Source: an uncultured Saprospiraceae bacterium
GTDB taxonomy: Bacteria > Bacteroidota > Bacteroidia > Chitinophagales > Saprospiraceae
Direction of reading: 5' to 3'
DNA: 64,000 nucleotides
Assembly (NCBI GenBank): GCA_938002665.1
Contig: CALLAE010000012.1
Coordinates: 28,616-92,615 of the forward strand
This document shows, one piece after another, positions 1 through 9,131 of this stretch; position 1 is the first letter of the stretch, and each line of letters starts with the position of its first letter. The notes beneath the pieces were generated by a model. It was not told the origin of the DNA and did no database searches. It saw nothing but the letters and a program-made list of their open reading frames with translations. The position numbers and the translations under genes are program-made.

Positions 1-316
1 TAAGTGAGCCATTGGCAACACTGATGGTCTTACTAGATTTTATAGAGCTCTCATCATCTAGATCTTGGTAAGAGTTGTATTTAGTCAGAGCATTATTTTT
101 TTCGACCAATCTCCAATCAGTCTTTTCATCACAGCTGTGAATGGCTTCAAACCAATATTTTTTGAGATCCCTATATTGGCCATCTTCCATATCCAGCTTG
201 ATATGGGTGGTGTCGGTAGGTGGAGGTAGATCTGTATGGGGTTCTTTCTGCCACATGCCGCTATAGACAGTGGCTATTATAAATATCAGTATTAGAAATA
301 AAGCTGTTTGTTTCAA
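1..316 (-). CDS. hypothetical membrane-anchored or secreted protein, N-terminal fragment (continues beyond window start)
   Basis: Minus-strand frame is open from TTG at 316-314 to base 1: (M)KQTALFLILIFIIATVYSGMWQKEPHTDLPPPTD... An in-frame TGA lies just upstream. The N-terminus is hydrophobic. It is absent from the ORF track because there is no stop in the window. Confidence 0.4.
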   Translation of the reverse strand, partial: MKQTALFLILIFIIATVYSGMWQKEPHTDLPPPTDTTHIKLDMEDGQYRDLKKYWFEAIHSCDEKTDWRLVEKNNALTKYNSYQDLDDESSIKSSKTISVANGSL

Positions 317-365
317 TGCTCTTGTATTTGCTCATTCAGCAAACACAAGAATCTATGTTTGCTGT

Positions 366-1679
366 CTAATTCTTATAATTATCGTCCCAGTTCTTAACTT
401 CTGGTACACCTAGCTTACCCTCTGATTTGCCTACTAGCATAGATACAGTAGCGTCTCCAGTGACATTTATCACTGTACGCAACATATCCAATGGTCTATC
501 TATGGCAAAAATTAATGCTAGTCCTACCATCAGTGTTTCCTTAGAAACGCCAAGAGAGTCGAGTACTATGACTAGCATGACCATTCCCGCTCCTGGGACA
601 GCTGCTGAACCTATGGAGGCTAGAGTAGCTGTCATGACAATAGTTAATTGATCAGGAATTGTCAATCCATAGTCTAACGCCTGACAAATGAATACCGCTG
701 CTACAGCTTGATATAAACTTGTCCCATCCATATTGATAGTAGCACCTACAGGACATACAAAACTGGCTACCTCCTTATCTACTCCTAAGTGTTCTTCTAC
801 TCTTTCCATAGTTACAGGAAGTGTAGCAGCAGATGAGCTGGTAGAAAAAGCCAATAATTGTGCTGGGCTGATACCTCTCAAAAAAGAGCTAGGAGAACGT
901 CCAGTGTAGATTTTAATAACGACAATGTAGAGCACTACCATAGTGAAAAGTCCCAATACAACTGTCAGCCCATATTGGGCCAAAGCAACAAAGATGTCTG
1001 AGTTGCCTGTCTCGACGATAAGCGATGCCAGCAGAGCAAAAACAGCATAAGGAGCGATCAGCATTATGATATCTATCATTTTCATGATTACCTCATTTAG
1101 ACTATCAAAGAAGTCCTTAATAGGTTTGCTTTTTTCTTCTTTTACTAAGAGCAAGCTGATACCAAACAACACAGTAAAAAATATTACCTGCAGCATATTG
1201 CGATTATTACTAGCGGCTGCAAAGATGTTATCAGGAACCATGTCTTCTATAAATTGAATCGGACCCGTTTCCTTTTGGTCGAAAGCTGATTCTACTCGAG
1301 CATTGGCTTTTGTGTTGTAAGCAGACGATAATTGATCTACTGTTTCTTGACTGATGCTGTTTCCGGGCTGAATAATGTTTACCAATACAAGACCAATTGT
1401 GACAGCAATAACGGTAGAGCATACATAGAGTAATATCGTCTTCTTCCCGATGCTGGAAAACTTTGAGATATCTTTAAGATCGGAGATACCTTTAATGAGA
1501 CTGGCTATGATTAAAGGAATTGCGATAAGCTTTAGAAGTTTTATGAAAATAACTCCTATTGGTTTTATCCAGTCTACAATAAAGGACTTGCCCCACGATG
1601 TATTAGAAAGTATAAGTCCAAAGACAATTCCCAGTGCCATGCCGAGTAAGATTTGCCAATGCAAGGCTAACTTCTTCAT
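366..1679 (-). CDS. dicarboxylate/amino acid:cation symporter (DAACS / GltP family)
   Basis: ORF 366..1733 is a multi-TM protein with family-typical segments SSSAATLPVTM, AVPGAGMVML and DRPLDMLRTVINVTGD. The track start 1733 is TTG; ATG at 1679 (MKKLALHWQILLG) is the likelier start. Confidence 0.9.
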   Translation of the reverse strand: MKKLALHWQILLGMALGIVFGLILSNTSWGKSFIVDWIKPIGVIFIKLLKLIAIPLIIASLIKGISDLKDISKFSSIGKKTILLYVCSTVIAVTIGLVLVNIIQPGNSISQETVDQLSSAYNTKANARVESAFDQKETGPIQFIEDMVPDNIFAAASNNRNMLQVIFFTVLFGISLLLVKEEKSKPIKDFFDSLNEVIMKMIDIIMLIAPYAVFALLASLIVETGNSDIFVALAQYGLTVVLGLFTMVVLYIVVIKIYTGRSPSSFLRGISPAQLLAFSTSSSAATLPVTMERVEEHLGVDKEVASFVCPVGATINMDGTSLYQAVAAVFICQALDYGLTIPDQLTIVMTATLASIGSAAVPGAGMVMLVIVLDSLGVSKETLMVGLALIFAIDRPLDMLRTVINVTGDATVSMLVGKSEGKLGVPEVKNWDDNYKN

Positions 1680-1748
1680 ATCAATTTGTTGTTTTTTTGG
1701 AAAGGAACTAGATGTTCCTAACTTCTTCAACAAAGTACTGATTATTAC

Positions 1749-2438
1749 TTATATGGGTTTAATATTGGCTGCTTTTGTGGCTCTAAGCATTTCCCTTTTA
1801 CGGCCTGGTCCATTGAGTCTTTCTATCTTGTAACCTAAGTTTTCTAGAGTTCTTCTAAAGGCTCCTTGAGTACAATAGGTGACAAGAACTCCATCGTCAG
1901 CTAAACTATCATATAGCTTAGAATGAATATCTTCAGTCCACAGGTTGGCTTGACAACTGGGTGCAAAAGCATCATAGTATATGAGATCAACCTTTTGGGT
2001 AAGAACAGTTTCTTCCAATTTTCCTAAGATTTTTCGAAATACAAAATGCTCATTTATAGCTATCGATTCATTCCAAGAACATCTATGTATTTGATACTGA
2101 ATGTCTTGACAAGAGACATGATCTAGAAGGTTTGGGTAATTAAGTTCTTCTACTTTCTCAGATGGTATAGGGTCACTTTCTATAGTGCAGTAATCTACTT
2201 TGAGATCCAACTGTTCTGCTTCTATGGCTGTAAGAAGGGCATTCAGACCCGTTCCCATACCCATTTCGAATATAGATATAGTTGTTTTGCCACGCCGATA
2301 CGCATGATATAGACCAGCAGAAATAAAGACATGTATAGATTCTTCTAGTGCCCCATATACAGAATGGTAGTGGGCACCATATTGCTCACTATAGACCGTA
2401 TGAGAATCATCCTCAGTGATAAGGAGTTTGTGAGACAC
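1749..2438 (-). CDS. SAM-dependent methyltransferase, MnmC-like (tRNA mnm5s2U methyltransferase domain type)
   Basis: 229 aa with a GTG start. It has the N-terminal TEDDSHTVYSEQYGAHYHS motif and the FEMGMGTGLN SAM-binding loop typical of stand-alone MnmC C-terminal-domain homologues. Confidence 0.65.
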   Translation of the reverse strand: MSHKLLITEDDSHTVYSEQYGAHYHSVYGALEESIHVFISAGLYHAYRRGKTTISIFEMGMGTGLNALLTAIEAEQLDLKVDYCTIESDPIPSEKVEELNYPNLLDHVSCQDIQYQIHRCSWNESIAINEHFVFRKILGKLEETVLTQKVDLIYYDAFAPSCQANLWTEDIHSKLYDSLADDGVLVTYCTQGAFRRTLENLGYKIERLNGPGRKREMLRATKAANIKPI

Positions 2439-2459
2439 TAACCTAAAAGGGAGGTTGTC

Positions 2460-2606
2460 TTACTTAGTGAAAGGAAGAGAAACAGAAGGAAGTGCTTTGA
2501 AATTATTAGGACATCCTACGCCTTTCTTTGCACAAGAACTGAAGACTGTCAGTACAATAAGAAAAGCGAAAACTTTTGCTATTGCGTTTAACTGATTTTT
2601 ACGCAT
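2460..2606 (-). CDS. small predicted lipoprotein (48 aa), not in ORF track
   Basis: My translation is MRKNQLNAIAKVFAFLIVLTVFSSCAKKGVGCPNNFKALPSVSLPFTK*. It has a signal peptide with a lipobox-like FSSC, and a TATATTTG -7 box lies 39-46 nt upstream on the same strand. Confidence 0.45.
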   Translation of the reverse strand: MRKNQLNAIAKVFAFLIVLTVFSSCAKKGVGCPNNFKALPSVSLPFTK

Positions 2607-2644
2607 TTTTGATTTTTTTATTTGTTATCTAACGCTTGCGGATG

Positions 2645-2652
2645 CAAATATA
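2645..2652 (-). promoter_or_regulatory. Bacteroidota -7 promoter box TATATTTG (TAnnTTTG)
   Basis: It is 39-46 nt upstream of the small lipoprotein ATG (2606). Confidence 0.4.
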
Positions 2653-2712
2653 TTACCAATTAGGGATAGATGTCGGGTATTTGTCACTTCCATTTCTGAA
2701 TAGTTTTCACAC

Positions 2713-4050
2713 ATGAGATTTCATTTAATAGCAATAGGAGGCAGTGTAATGCATAATTTGGCGATAGACCTTAAAGATCTTGGGCATCAGGTCAGTGGTT
2801 CTGATGATGAAATCTATGAACCGAGCAAAGGAAACTTAAGCAATCATGGCTTGTTGCCGAATAAAATGGGGTGGGATGCTTCTCTAATTACTCCCGACAT
2901 TGATGTAATTATCCTAGGAAAACATGCCAAAGCTGATAATCCAGAGCTAAAAGCAGCCTTAGATCTAAAATTAAAGATTGTTTCGTTTCCAGAGTTTATT
3001 GCTGAAAATACCAAAGCCACAAAGAAAATTGCAATCACAGGAAGTCATGGGAAAACGACAACGACCTCCATGATAATGTACGTGCTGAAGGCTTTGGAAA
3101 TGGATTTTGATTATTTGGTCGGTGCTCAGATAGCGGGCTTTGATAAGATGGTAAAGGTTTCTGGTGCCGACATTCTAGTTGTAGAGGGGGATGAATACCC
3201 CTCATCTTGCCTAGATAGCCAAGCCAAAATGCTGCATTATGAAGCCAACATCTCTGTCATAACAGGAGTAGCATGGGATCATGTGAATATCTACAAGACT
3301 TACGATAGCTATCTATCGATTTTTGATGATTATCTGAAGCGTCTGCAGAAGGAGAATATTGTCTTTTTTGATCAGACGGATAAGCAGCTTCTGGATTTGG
3401 TGTATGACAATGAGTATGCTTGTACAAGAAAAGGCTATACTGCATTACAATCTAACAGAAAGGGAGATATAGTACTAGATAGTAGAACCTATCCTATAGC
3501 TGTTTTCGGTCAGCATAATCTTAAAAACTTGCATGCTGCTATGCATGTATGTGGTGAATTAGGTATCACTAACCATGATTTTCTGTCACTAATCGAAGGC
3601 TTTACCGGAGCAGCCAAGCGTCTGGAGTGCATATCCCAGTCTGAGGACCTCGTTGTTTATAAGGATTTTGCCCATGCACCGTCTAAAGCTAAAGCTACAG
3701 CTGAGGCTGTCCGCTCTAAACACCAATCTAAACACATCTCTGCTATCCTCGAGTTGCATACTTTTTCTAGCATGAACATAGACTATATACAATATTATAA
3801 AGGCAGTCTAGCTAGCATGGATGAGGTCATAGTCTTTTATGATCCCGCCGCTCTGAAAACCAAGCAAATGCCTGACCTTGACCCCTCATCAGTTGCCCAT
3901 GCTTTTGACCATCCTAATCTTAGAGTTCTGTACAAATCAGATGACCTTAAAGTACACATAGAAAAGGTGCAGAAATCACCTGCTGAGGTCTTTTTGGTGA
4001 TGAGTTCAGGTAATGTAGGTGGGATAAGCCTTTCTGACTATTTTAGCTAG
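2713..4050 (+). CDS. mpl: Mur ligase family protein, Mpl-like (UDP-N-acetylmuramate:L-Ala-gamma-D-Glu-mDAP ligase)
   Basis: 445 aa with the Mur-ligase P-loop GSHGKTTTTSM, EGDEY and a DFAHAP C-terminal motif. The N-terminus aligns by eye with E. coli Mpl. Confidence 0.7.
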   Translation: MRFHLIAIGGSVMHNLAIDLKDLGHQVSGSDDEIYEPSKGNLSNHGLLPNKMGWDASLITPDIDVIILGKHAKADNPELKAALDLKLKIVSFPEFIAENTKATKKIAITGSHGKTTTTSMIMYVLKALEMDFDYLVGAQIAGFDKMVKVSGADILVVEGDEYPSSCLDSQAKMLHYEANISVITGVAWDHVNIYKTYDSYLSIFDDYLKRLQKENIVFFDQTDKQLLDLVYDNEYACTRKGYTALQSNRKGDIVLDSRTYPIAVFGQHNLKNLHAAMHVCGELGITNHDFLSLIEGFTGAAKRLECISQSEDLVVYKDFAHAPSKAKATAEAVRSKHQSKHISAILELHTFSSMNIDYIQYYKGSLASMDEVIVFYDPAALKTKQMPDLDPSSVAHAFDHPNLRVLYKSDDLKVHIEKVQKSPAEVFLVMSSGNVGGISLSDYFS

Positions 4051-4068
4051 TCATTTTGCTATATTTCG

Positions 4069-4076
4069 TATCTTTG
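4069..4076 (+). promoter_or_regulatory. -7 promoter box TATCTTTG
   Basis: It is 25 nt upstream of the pdhB ATG (4101). Confidence 0.45.
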
Positions 4077-4100
4077 CACATTCAAGTTTAAAATCTAATT

Positions 4101-5087
4101 ATGCCAAGAATAATAACACTACGTGATGCTCTAAGAGAAGCTATGAGCGAGGAGATGAGAAGAGATGAAAATGTCTTTTTGATGGGAGAAGAAGTGGCGG
4201 AATATAATGGGGCTTACAAAGTCAGTAAGGGCATGTTAGATGAGTTTGGCCCCAAGAGAGTCATTGATACTCCTATCGCAGAGCTGGGCTTTGCAGGAAT
4301 AGGGGTAGGTGCTGCGATCAATGGTCTAAGACCTATCGTAGAATTTATGACATGGAATTTTGCTGTCTTGGCTTTTGACCAGATTGTTAATAATGCTGCT
4401 AAGACGCTTTCACAATCTGCAGGAGATTTTACTTGTCCGATAGTTTTCCGAGGGCCCACGGGTTCTGCTGGACAGTTAGCCCAGCAACATTCTCAGACTT
4501 TTGAGAGTTGGATGGCAAATGTACCTGGACTAAAAGTCATCTCCATCGTAGATCCGAAAGATGCCAAAGGACTTATGAAGTCTGCCATCAGAGATGAAGA
4601 TCCTATCTGTTTTATGGAGTCAGAGATGCTCTATGGCCACAAAGGAGATGTGCCTGAAGAGGAATATCTAACTCCCATTGGGAAAGCAGTAGTCAGAAGA
4701 GAGGGGACAGATGTGACCTTGGTTTCTTATAACAAAATGTCTCTCGTTGCAGAGCAGGCAGCTGTAGAACTAGCTAAAGAAGGTATTTCAGCAGAGGTAA
4801 TTGATTTGAGAACGATCAGACCTCTGGATAACAAGACACTAGTAGAATCTGTAAGGAAGACTAATAGGATGGTGGTAGTAGATGAGTGCTGGCCTTTTGC
4901 TGGTGTCTCTGCAGAAATAGCTTACGAGATTCAGAAATATGCTTTTGACTATTTGGATGCCCCTGTAACAAGGGTCAATTCTGCGGATACTTCCTTATCA
5001 TATGCACCTACTCTTGTGGAGGAATGGCTGCCTAATGCGAGCAAGGTTATCAAGGCAGTGAAGGAAGTTTTATATGTTAACGCCTAA
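4101..5087 (+). CDS. pdhB: pyruvate (2-oxoacid) dehydrogenase E1 component, beta subunit
   Basis: 328 aa. It has the transketolase-like pyrimidine-binding domain (VIDTPIAELGFAGIGVGAA) and a C-terminal domain (IDLRTIRPLD). Confidence 0.9.
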   Translation: MPRIITLRDALREAMSEEMRRDENVFLMGEEVAEYNGAYKVSKGMLDEFGPKRVIDTPIAELGFAGIGVGAAINGLRPIVEFMTWNFAVLAFDQIVNNAAKTLSQSAGDFTCPIVFRGPTGSAGQLAQQHSQTFESWMANVPGLKVISIVDPKDAKGLMKSAIRDEDPICFMESEMLYGHKGDVPEEEYLTPIGKAVVRREGTDVTLVSYNKMSLVAEQAAVELAKEGISAEVIDLRTIRPLDNKTLVESVRKTNRMVVVDECWPFAGVSAEIAYEIQKYAFDYLDAPVTRVNSADTSLSYAPTLVEEWLPNASKVIKAVKEVLYVNA

Positions 5088-5107
5088 CTGCATACAGATT
5101 AAACTAG

Positions 5108-5737
5108 ATGATGAGATCTACCATTCCGTTCCTTGTTTTTCTATTCTTTTTCATTTCTACAGATGATGTTGTAGCACAGAAAAAACGAAAGAGACCCACA
5201 AAAAGACCAGCAAAAACCGAAGTTCCAAGACAAGAAAGAGAAGCTACTACCGATTTTAAGAAAATAGGTTTCAGATTACAGGCAGGTCCCAATTTTAGCT
5301 TTGTCAATGTTGACTTAGGCGAAGCGACTGCAGGCTTTGGATTTCAAGGTGGAGTAGGGTTGGTGTATCGTTTTCACCCTAAATTTAAAATGAGGTTTGA
5401 TGCACTGTATTCGTTTAGGCAATATGAGCAACAGTTTACCTCTGTAAATCAGAATAGAGTAACTCATTTTACAATTCCAGCTTTGTTTGAGTACCATCCC
5501 AATAGATTTTCATTCTTTGTAGGCCCTCACTTTAATTATCTACTGAAGGCAGAAGTCGGATCTACTAACTCAGATCTCTTTGATGTCACTGAAAGTCGGG
5601 ATAGGTTTTTACCTGGTTCAAGAATCGGAATTGGTTTTGATCTAGTGAATACTGGGACTATCGTTAGGGCTGAAGGGAGTATATTGGCAGATAACGATAT
5701 CAGTTCCTTGAACCTAACATTCGTAGTAATTTTCTAA
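5108..5737 (+). CDS. outer-membrane beta-barrel protein (porin-family/PorT-like fold), hypothetical
   Basis: 209 aa with a signal peptide, a Lys/Arg/Pro-rich linker, then alternating-hydrophobic beta-strand pattern with aromatic strand ends. Confidence 0.5.
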   Translation: MMRSTIPFLVFLFFFISTDDVVAQKKRKRPTKRPAKTEVPRQEREATTDFKKIGFRLQAGPNFSFVNVDLGEATAGFGFQGGVGLVYRFHPKFKMRFDALYSFRQYEQQFTSVNQNRVTHFTIPALFEYHPNRFSFFVGPHFNYLLKAEVGSTNSDLFDVTESRDRFLPGSRIGIGFDLVNTGTIVRAEGSILADNDISSLNLTFVVIF

Positions 5738-5768
5738 GATTGCTGGGTAATACATTAGCTGCTTCTAA

Positions 5769-6866
5769 CTAAACATTAAACAGAAAGTGCATTATGTCTC
5801 CATCTTGTACAATGTAGCCTTTGCCCTCAACTCCTAGTTTACCCGCCTCTTTCACTTTGGCTTCAGATTCATACTTGACATAATCTTCATATTTGATAAC
5901 CTCAGCTCTGATGAATCCCTTCTCAAAATCTGTATGTATAACGCCTGCAGCCTGTGGAGCAGTAGAGCCTACTTTTACTGTCCAGGCCCTCACTTCTTTT
6001 TCTCCTGCGGTAAAATAGGTGATTAGATTTAGTAACTTATATGATGATAGGATAACTCTATTGACCCCAGGCTCCTTGAGTCCCATCTCTTCTACAAACA
6101 TCATCTTCTCTTCGTAGTCTTCCAGCTGCGCTATTTCCTCTTCTATGGCTGCACAGATAAAAATCACCTCTGCCGCTTCATCTTTGACATGTTCTACAAA
6201 TCTCTTGGTATGGTCATTTCCATTGACGACAGAGTTTTCGTCTACATTGCAGACATAGAGGATAGGCTTGGCAGTCAGAAGCATCATCTCTTTTACGAGT
6301 GCTTTGCCATCTTCATCTAGGTCTAGAGCTCTCGCTGATTTTCCTTCTTCCAGACCTTTGTAGACAGCCTCAGCAATCTCTACATTCTTTTTATCCGCTG
6401 GCTTACCAGTTTTGCTTTGCTTTCTGAGCTTTTCTAGTCTCTTCTCTAGCGTTTCTAGATCTTTGAGTATGAGCTCGGTATCGATGATGTCTTTGTCTCT
6501 AACTGGGTCTACATTCCCATCTACATGCACCACATTATCATTGTCAAAACACCGCACTACATGCGCTATAGCATCTACTTCTCGTATATTAGCTAAGAAC
6601 TGATTACCCAATCCTTCTCCCTTGCTAGCACCTTTTATCAGGCCCGCTATATCTACGATTTCTACAGTTGTAGGCTGTACTTTTTGAGGGTTGACGAGTT
6701 TAGCGAGAGTAGTTAGTCTTTGGTCCGGAACAGTGATGACTCCTACATTAGGTTCCTTGGTTGCAAAAGGATAGTTAGCGGCAAGCGCTTTAGCATTGGT
6801 CAAAGCATTAAAGAGGGTAGATTTACCGACATTTGGTAATCCAACAATTCCAGCGTACAAAGGCAT
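5769..6866 (-). CDS. ychF: redox-regulated ribosome-binding ATPase YchF
   Basis: 365 aa with GIVGLPNVGKSTLFNALT, a central coiled-coil insert and a C-terminal TGS-like domain ending DGDIMHFLFNV. Confidence 0.97.
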   Translation of the reverse strand: MPLYAGIVGLPNVGKSTLFNALTNAKALAANYPFATKEPNVGVITVPDQRLTTLAKLVNPQKVQPTTVEIVDIAGLIKGASKGEGLGNQFLANIREVDAIAHVVRCFDNDNVVHVDGNVDPVRDKDIIDTELILKDLETLEKRLEKLRKQSKTGKPADKKNVEIAEAVYKGLEEGKSARALDLDEDGKALVKEMMLLTAKPILYVCNVDENSVVNGNDHTKRFVEHVKDEAAEVIFICAAIEEEIAQLEDYEEKMMFVEEMGLKEPGVNRVILSSYKLLNLITYFTAGEKEVRAWTVKVGSTAPQAAGVIHTDFEKGFIRAEVIKYEDYVKYESEAKVKEAGKLGVEGKGYIVQDGDIMHFLFNV

Positions 6867-6886
6867 ATATTTTGTCTATTTTGCCG

Positions 6887-6894
6887 CAAATATA
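6887..6894 (-). promoter_or_regulatory. -7 promoter box TATATTTG
   Basis: It is 21 nt upstream of the ychF ATG (6866). Confidence 0.45.
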
Positions 6895-6932
6895 CTCCCT
6901 TTGAGCATTCAAGAAACATTTTCCATTCTACG

Positions 6933-7514
6933 ATGAACTATTTGGCGCATTGTTACCTATCCTGTTCAGAAGAAGATATGCTGATCGGCAATTTTATGAC
7001 TGATTTTCTTAAGAAAAAGGAAGAGGCAAATTATAGCGGGAGGGTACTTGAAGGTATCTACTTACATCGGCAGATAGACAGCTACACAGATGTGCATCCT
7101 GCTTCCTTAGAATTAAGAGCCATGCTCAGAAAAAGGCACGGTAAATATGCCTCTGTAGTAGTTGACTTAATATGGGATTATTATTTAAGTAACCATTGGG
7201 ACAGATATTCTGGTACGAGTCTCCCGGAGTTTAATAGTGGTATCTATAATATCTTGGTCAAGCGAAAAGAGGAATTGCCTAGCAAGCTTAGAGATAAGAT
7301 AGATAAGATGATAGAGAATGATTTTCTTATGGCCTATGCAAATAAGGAGAATATGGCTATTTCCCTAGCTTGGATGGACAGAAGAGTGAATTTTAATTCT
7401 GCATTCAAAGATGCAATATTGGATATAGAAGAAAATCATGATCGTATAGAAAAACTATTTGAGAGTTTCTTTCCTGATCTCATAGCTCATTCTAAATCTT
7501 TTTGTAACTGTTAA
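6933..7514 (+). CDS. acpH: acyl carrier protein phosphodiesterase (AcpH family)
   Basis: 193 aa. MNYLAHCYLS...HRQIDSYTD...DLIWDYYLSNHW aligns by eye with E. coli AcpH (MNFLAHLHLA...HRRIDVLTD...DVMWDHFLSRHW). Confidence 0.8.
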   Translation: MNYLAHCYLSCSEEDMLIGNFMTDFLKKKEEANYSGRVLEGIYLHRQIDSYTDVHPASLELRAMLRKRHGKYASVVVDLIWDYYLSNHWDRYSGTSLPEFNSGIYNILVKRKEELPSKLRDKIDKMIENDFLMAYANKENMAISLAWMDRRVNFNSAFKDAILDIEENHDRIEKLFESFFPDLIAHSKSFCNC

Positions 7515-7525
7515 AGGGAAACTTC

Positions 7526-8260
7526 CTAACCTTCAAAGTTTAAGGAAATAGACAAAGTTCGAGAGAGAATTTTATCTATAGCACGCGAGGTTTCTAGATT
7601 ATCATTATATATGTGAATATTGTTAAGTCCTCTGGAAAACTTAATTTCTGGCGAGAAGATGAAAAAGGGGAAGAAGAACTGCATTCCAGCTCCCAATTCC
7701 AATTGAAAATCATGAGCAGCAATCTGAATTAAATTTTCACGTAATTCTTGTCTGGCACTAGAAGTACTGGATACATCATAACTATACTTCAGTCCTCCCA
7801 GTACAAAGAATCTCTTATCTTTATATGGGTCTGATTTGAATCTTAACAGCAAAGGAATTTCCAGAAAAACAGATTCTATACGGGCATCCCGCACAGTCTC
7901 ATCAGCTCTTGGACTGAATAAGAGTTTTCTTTCAGAAAAGGCAAAACCTGGTATAAATCTGAAGTCAAAATATTGTCCAATTTTTAGATTAGTAATGATA
8001 TTTACATTCAGACCAGGAAGACTCTGGGCTCCCACAAAAGTTAGATTATCAGTTCGGCTTAGATCACTGAATCTACTGGATTTACTAGCTATATAACCAG
8101 TACTGTGCATGCCTATGGTGAGGCCAAAATAGAAGGGTTTGTTTCTAAACTCCCAGTAATTGATGTTTCCCTTTTCTATAAATTGACCGCTGAGGTCGCA
8201 AGAAACTATAAGGGCTATAAGAAAGGGAAGTATTACTTTATTCCAGTGTATATCGTGCAT
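7526..8260 (-). CDS. PorT-family outer-membrane beta-barrel protein (type IX secretion-associated), probable
   Basis: ORF 7526..8284 has a GTG start; ATG at 8260 gives MHDIHWNKVILPFLIALIVS. It shows a beta-barrel pattern and sits immediately downstream of ubiE, an arrangement I recall for porT/sprT in Bacteroidota. Confidence 0.5.
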   Translation of the reverse strand: MHDIHWNKVILPFLIALIVSCDLSGQFIEKGNINYWEFRNKPFYFGLTIGMHSTGYIASKSSRFSDLSRTDNLTFVGAQSLPGLNVNIITNLKIGQYFDFRFIPGFAFSERKLLFSPRADETVRDARIESVFLEIPLLLRFKSDPYKDKRFFVLGGLKYSYDVSSTSSARQELRENLIQIAAHDFQLELGAGMQFFFPFFIFSPEIKFSRGLNNIHIYNDNLETSRAIDKILSRTLSISLNFEG

Positions 8261-8973
8261 ATGCCTAAACTCAAAGATTTCCACTGTACAGAACGAAATC
8301 CTACCTTTTCTAGTATCTGACCGAAATTGTCATAATCTGGAAAAGCCTGTACAGATTCATAAAGGTACTCATAAGCTCTCTGATCTTTGGAAGTTTTACG
8401 ACCTATAAAGGGTAGAATATATTGGAAATAGAAGTTGTACAGTTGCTTGAAAGGAAAGATTCTTGGTTTTGAAAATTCTAAGATTACCGCTTTCCCACCA
8501 TTTCTTATAACTCTATGCATCTCGCTCAAGCCCTTTTCTAGGTTTCCAAAATTCCTTACTCCAAATGCCACGGTCACAGCATCAAAATAGTTATCCTGGT
8601 ACCTCATATTCTCCGAGTCACCAACCTCTAGGCTTATTACCTTATCGAGTTTCTGTTTTGATATTTTCTTGTTTCCATAGTTAATCATCTCCTGAGAAAT
8701 GTCCATTCCTATTATCTCTTTTGGAGTAAGTTGTCTGTTTATCTCCACAGCTATATCTGCTGTACCAGTTGCTACATCTAGAATCGTCTGGTGCTCCTTA
8801 GAGTTAAGCTGAGAGATGGCCTTTTTTCGCCAGATAGTATCTATCCCTAAGGTCAATACTCGATTGAGTAAGTCATATTTAGGAGCTATGTTGTCAAACA
8901 TATTAGTGACTTGCTCCTTTTTTGAGCCGACTTCTTGATAGGGTTTTACGATGTTCTTCGATGCTTCGGTCAT
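8233..8973 (-). CDS. ubiE: demethylmenaquinone / ubiquinone C-methyltransferase UbiE/MenG
   Basis: 246 aa with FDNIAPKYDLLNRVLTLGID, SAM motif LDVATGTADIA and C-terminal GGKAVILEFSKP. Confidence 0.93.
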   Translation of the reverse strand: MTEASKNIVKPYQEVGSKKEQVTNMFDNIAPKYDLLNRVLTLGIDTIWRKKAISQLNSKEHQTILDVATGTADIAVEINRQLTPKEIIGMDISQEMINYGNKKISKQKLDKVISLEVGDSENMRYQDNYFDAVTVAFGVRNFGNLEKGLSEMHRVIRNGGKAVILEFSKPRIFPFKQLYNFYFQYILPFIGRKTSKDQRAYEYLYESVQAFPDYDNFGQILEKVGFRSVQWKSLSLGICTIYTGIK

Positions 8974-9016
8974 CTATAATTTCACTGATTTTTGAACTGC
9001 AATAAGGTATAGAACA

Positions 9017-9024
9017 CAAACCTA
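9017..9024 (-). promoter_or_regulatory. -7 promoter box TAGGTTTG
   Basis: It is 44 nt upstream of the ubiE ATG (8973). Confidence 0.4.
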
Positions 9025-9080
9025 ATGAATCTATGATAATATGGTTCATTTAGAGCCGATTTGAGAGCTAAAAACCGCTA

Positions 9081-9088
9081 TATTTTTG
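9081..9088 (+). promoter_or_regulatory. -7 promoter box TATTTTTG
   Basis: It is 44 nt upstream of the gyrA ATG (9132). Confidence 0.45.
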
Positions 9089-9131
9089 GTATCTTCGTAC
9101 CCTAATTAGAAAATCTAAGTTTAATATATAA

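Noticed and set aside
1680-1733. N-terminal extensions in the ORF track (for example gltP-like 1733, TPR 11693, ftsY 27339, coiled-coil 57553, PorT-like 8284)
   Set aside because: These begin at TTG/GTG codons rendered as M. Downstream ATGs give canonical N-termini or signal peptides, so I treated the extensions as probable artefacts rather than real leader peptides.
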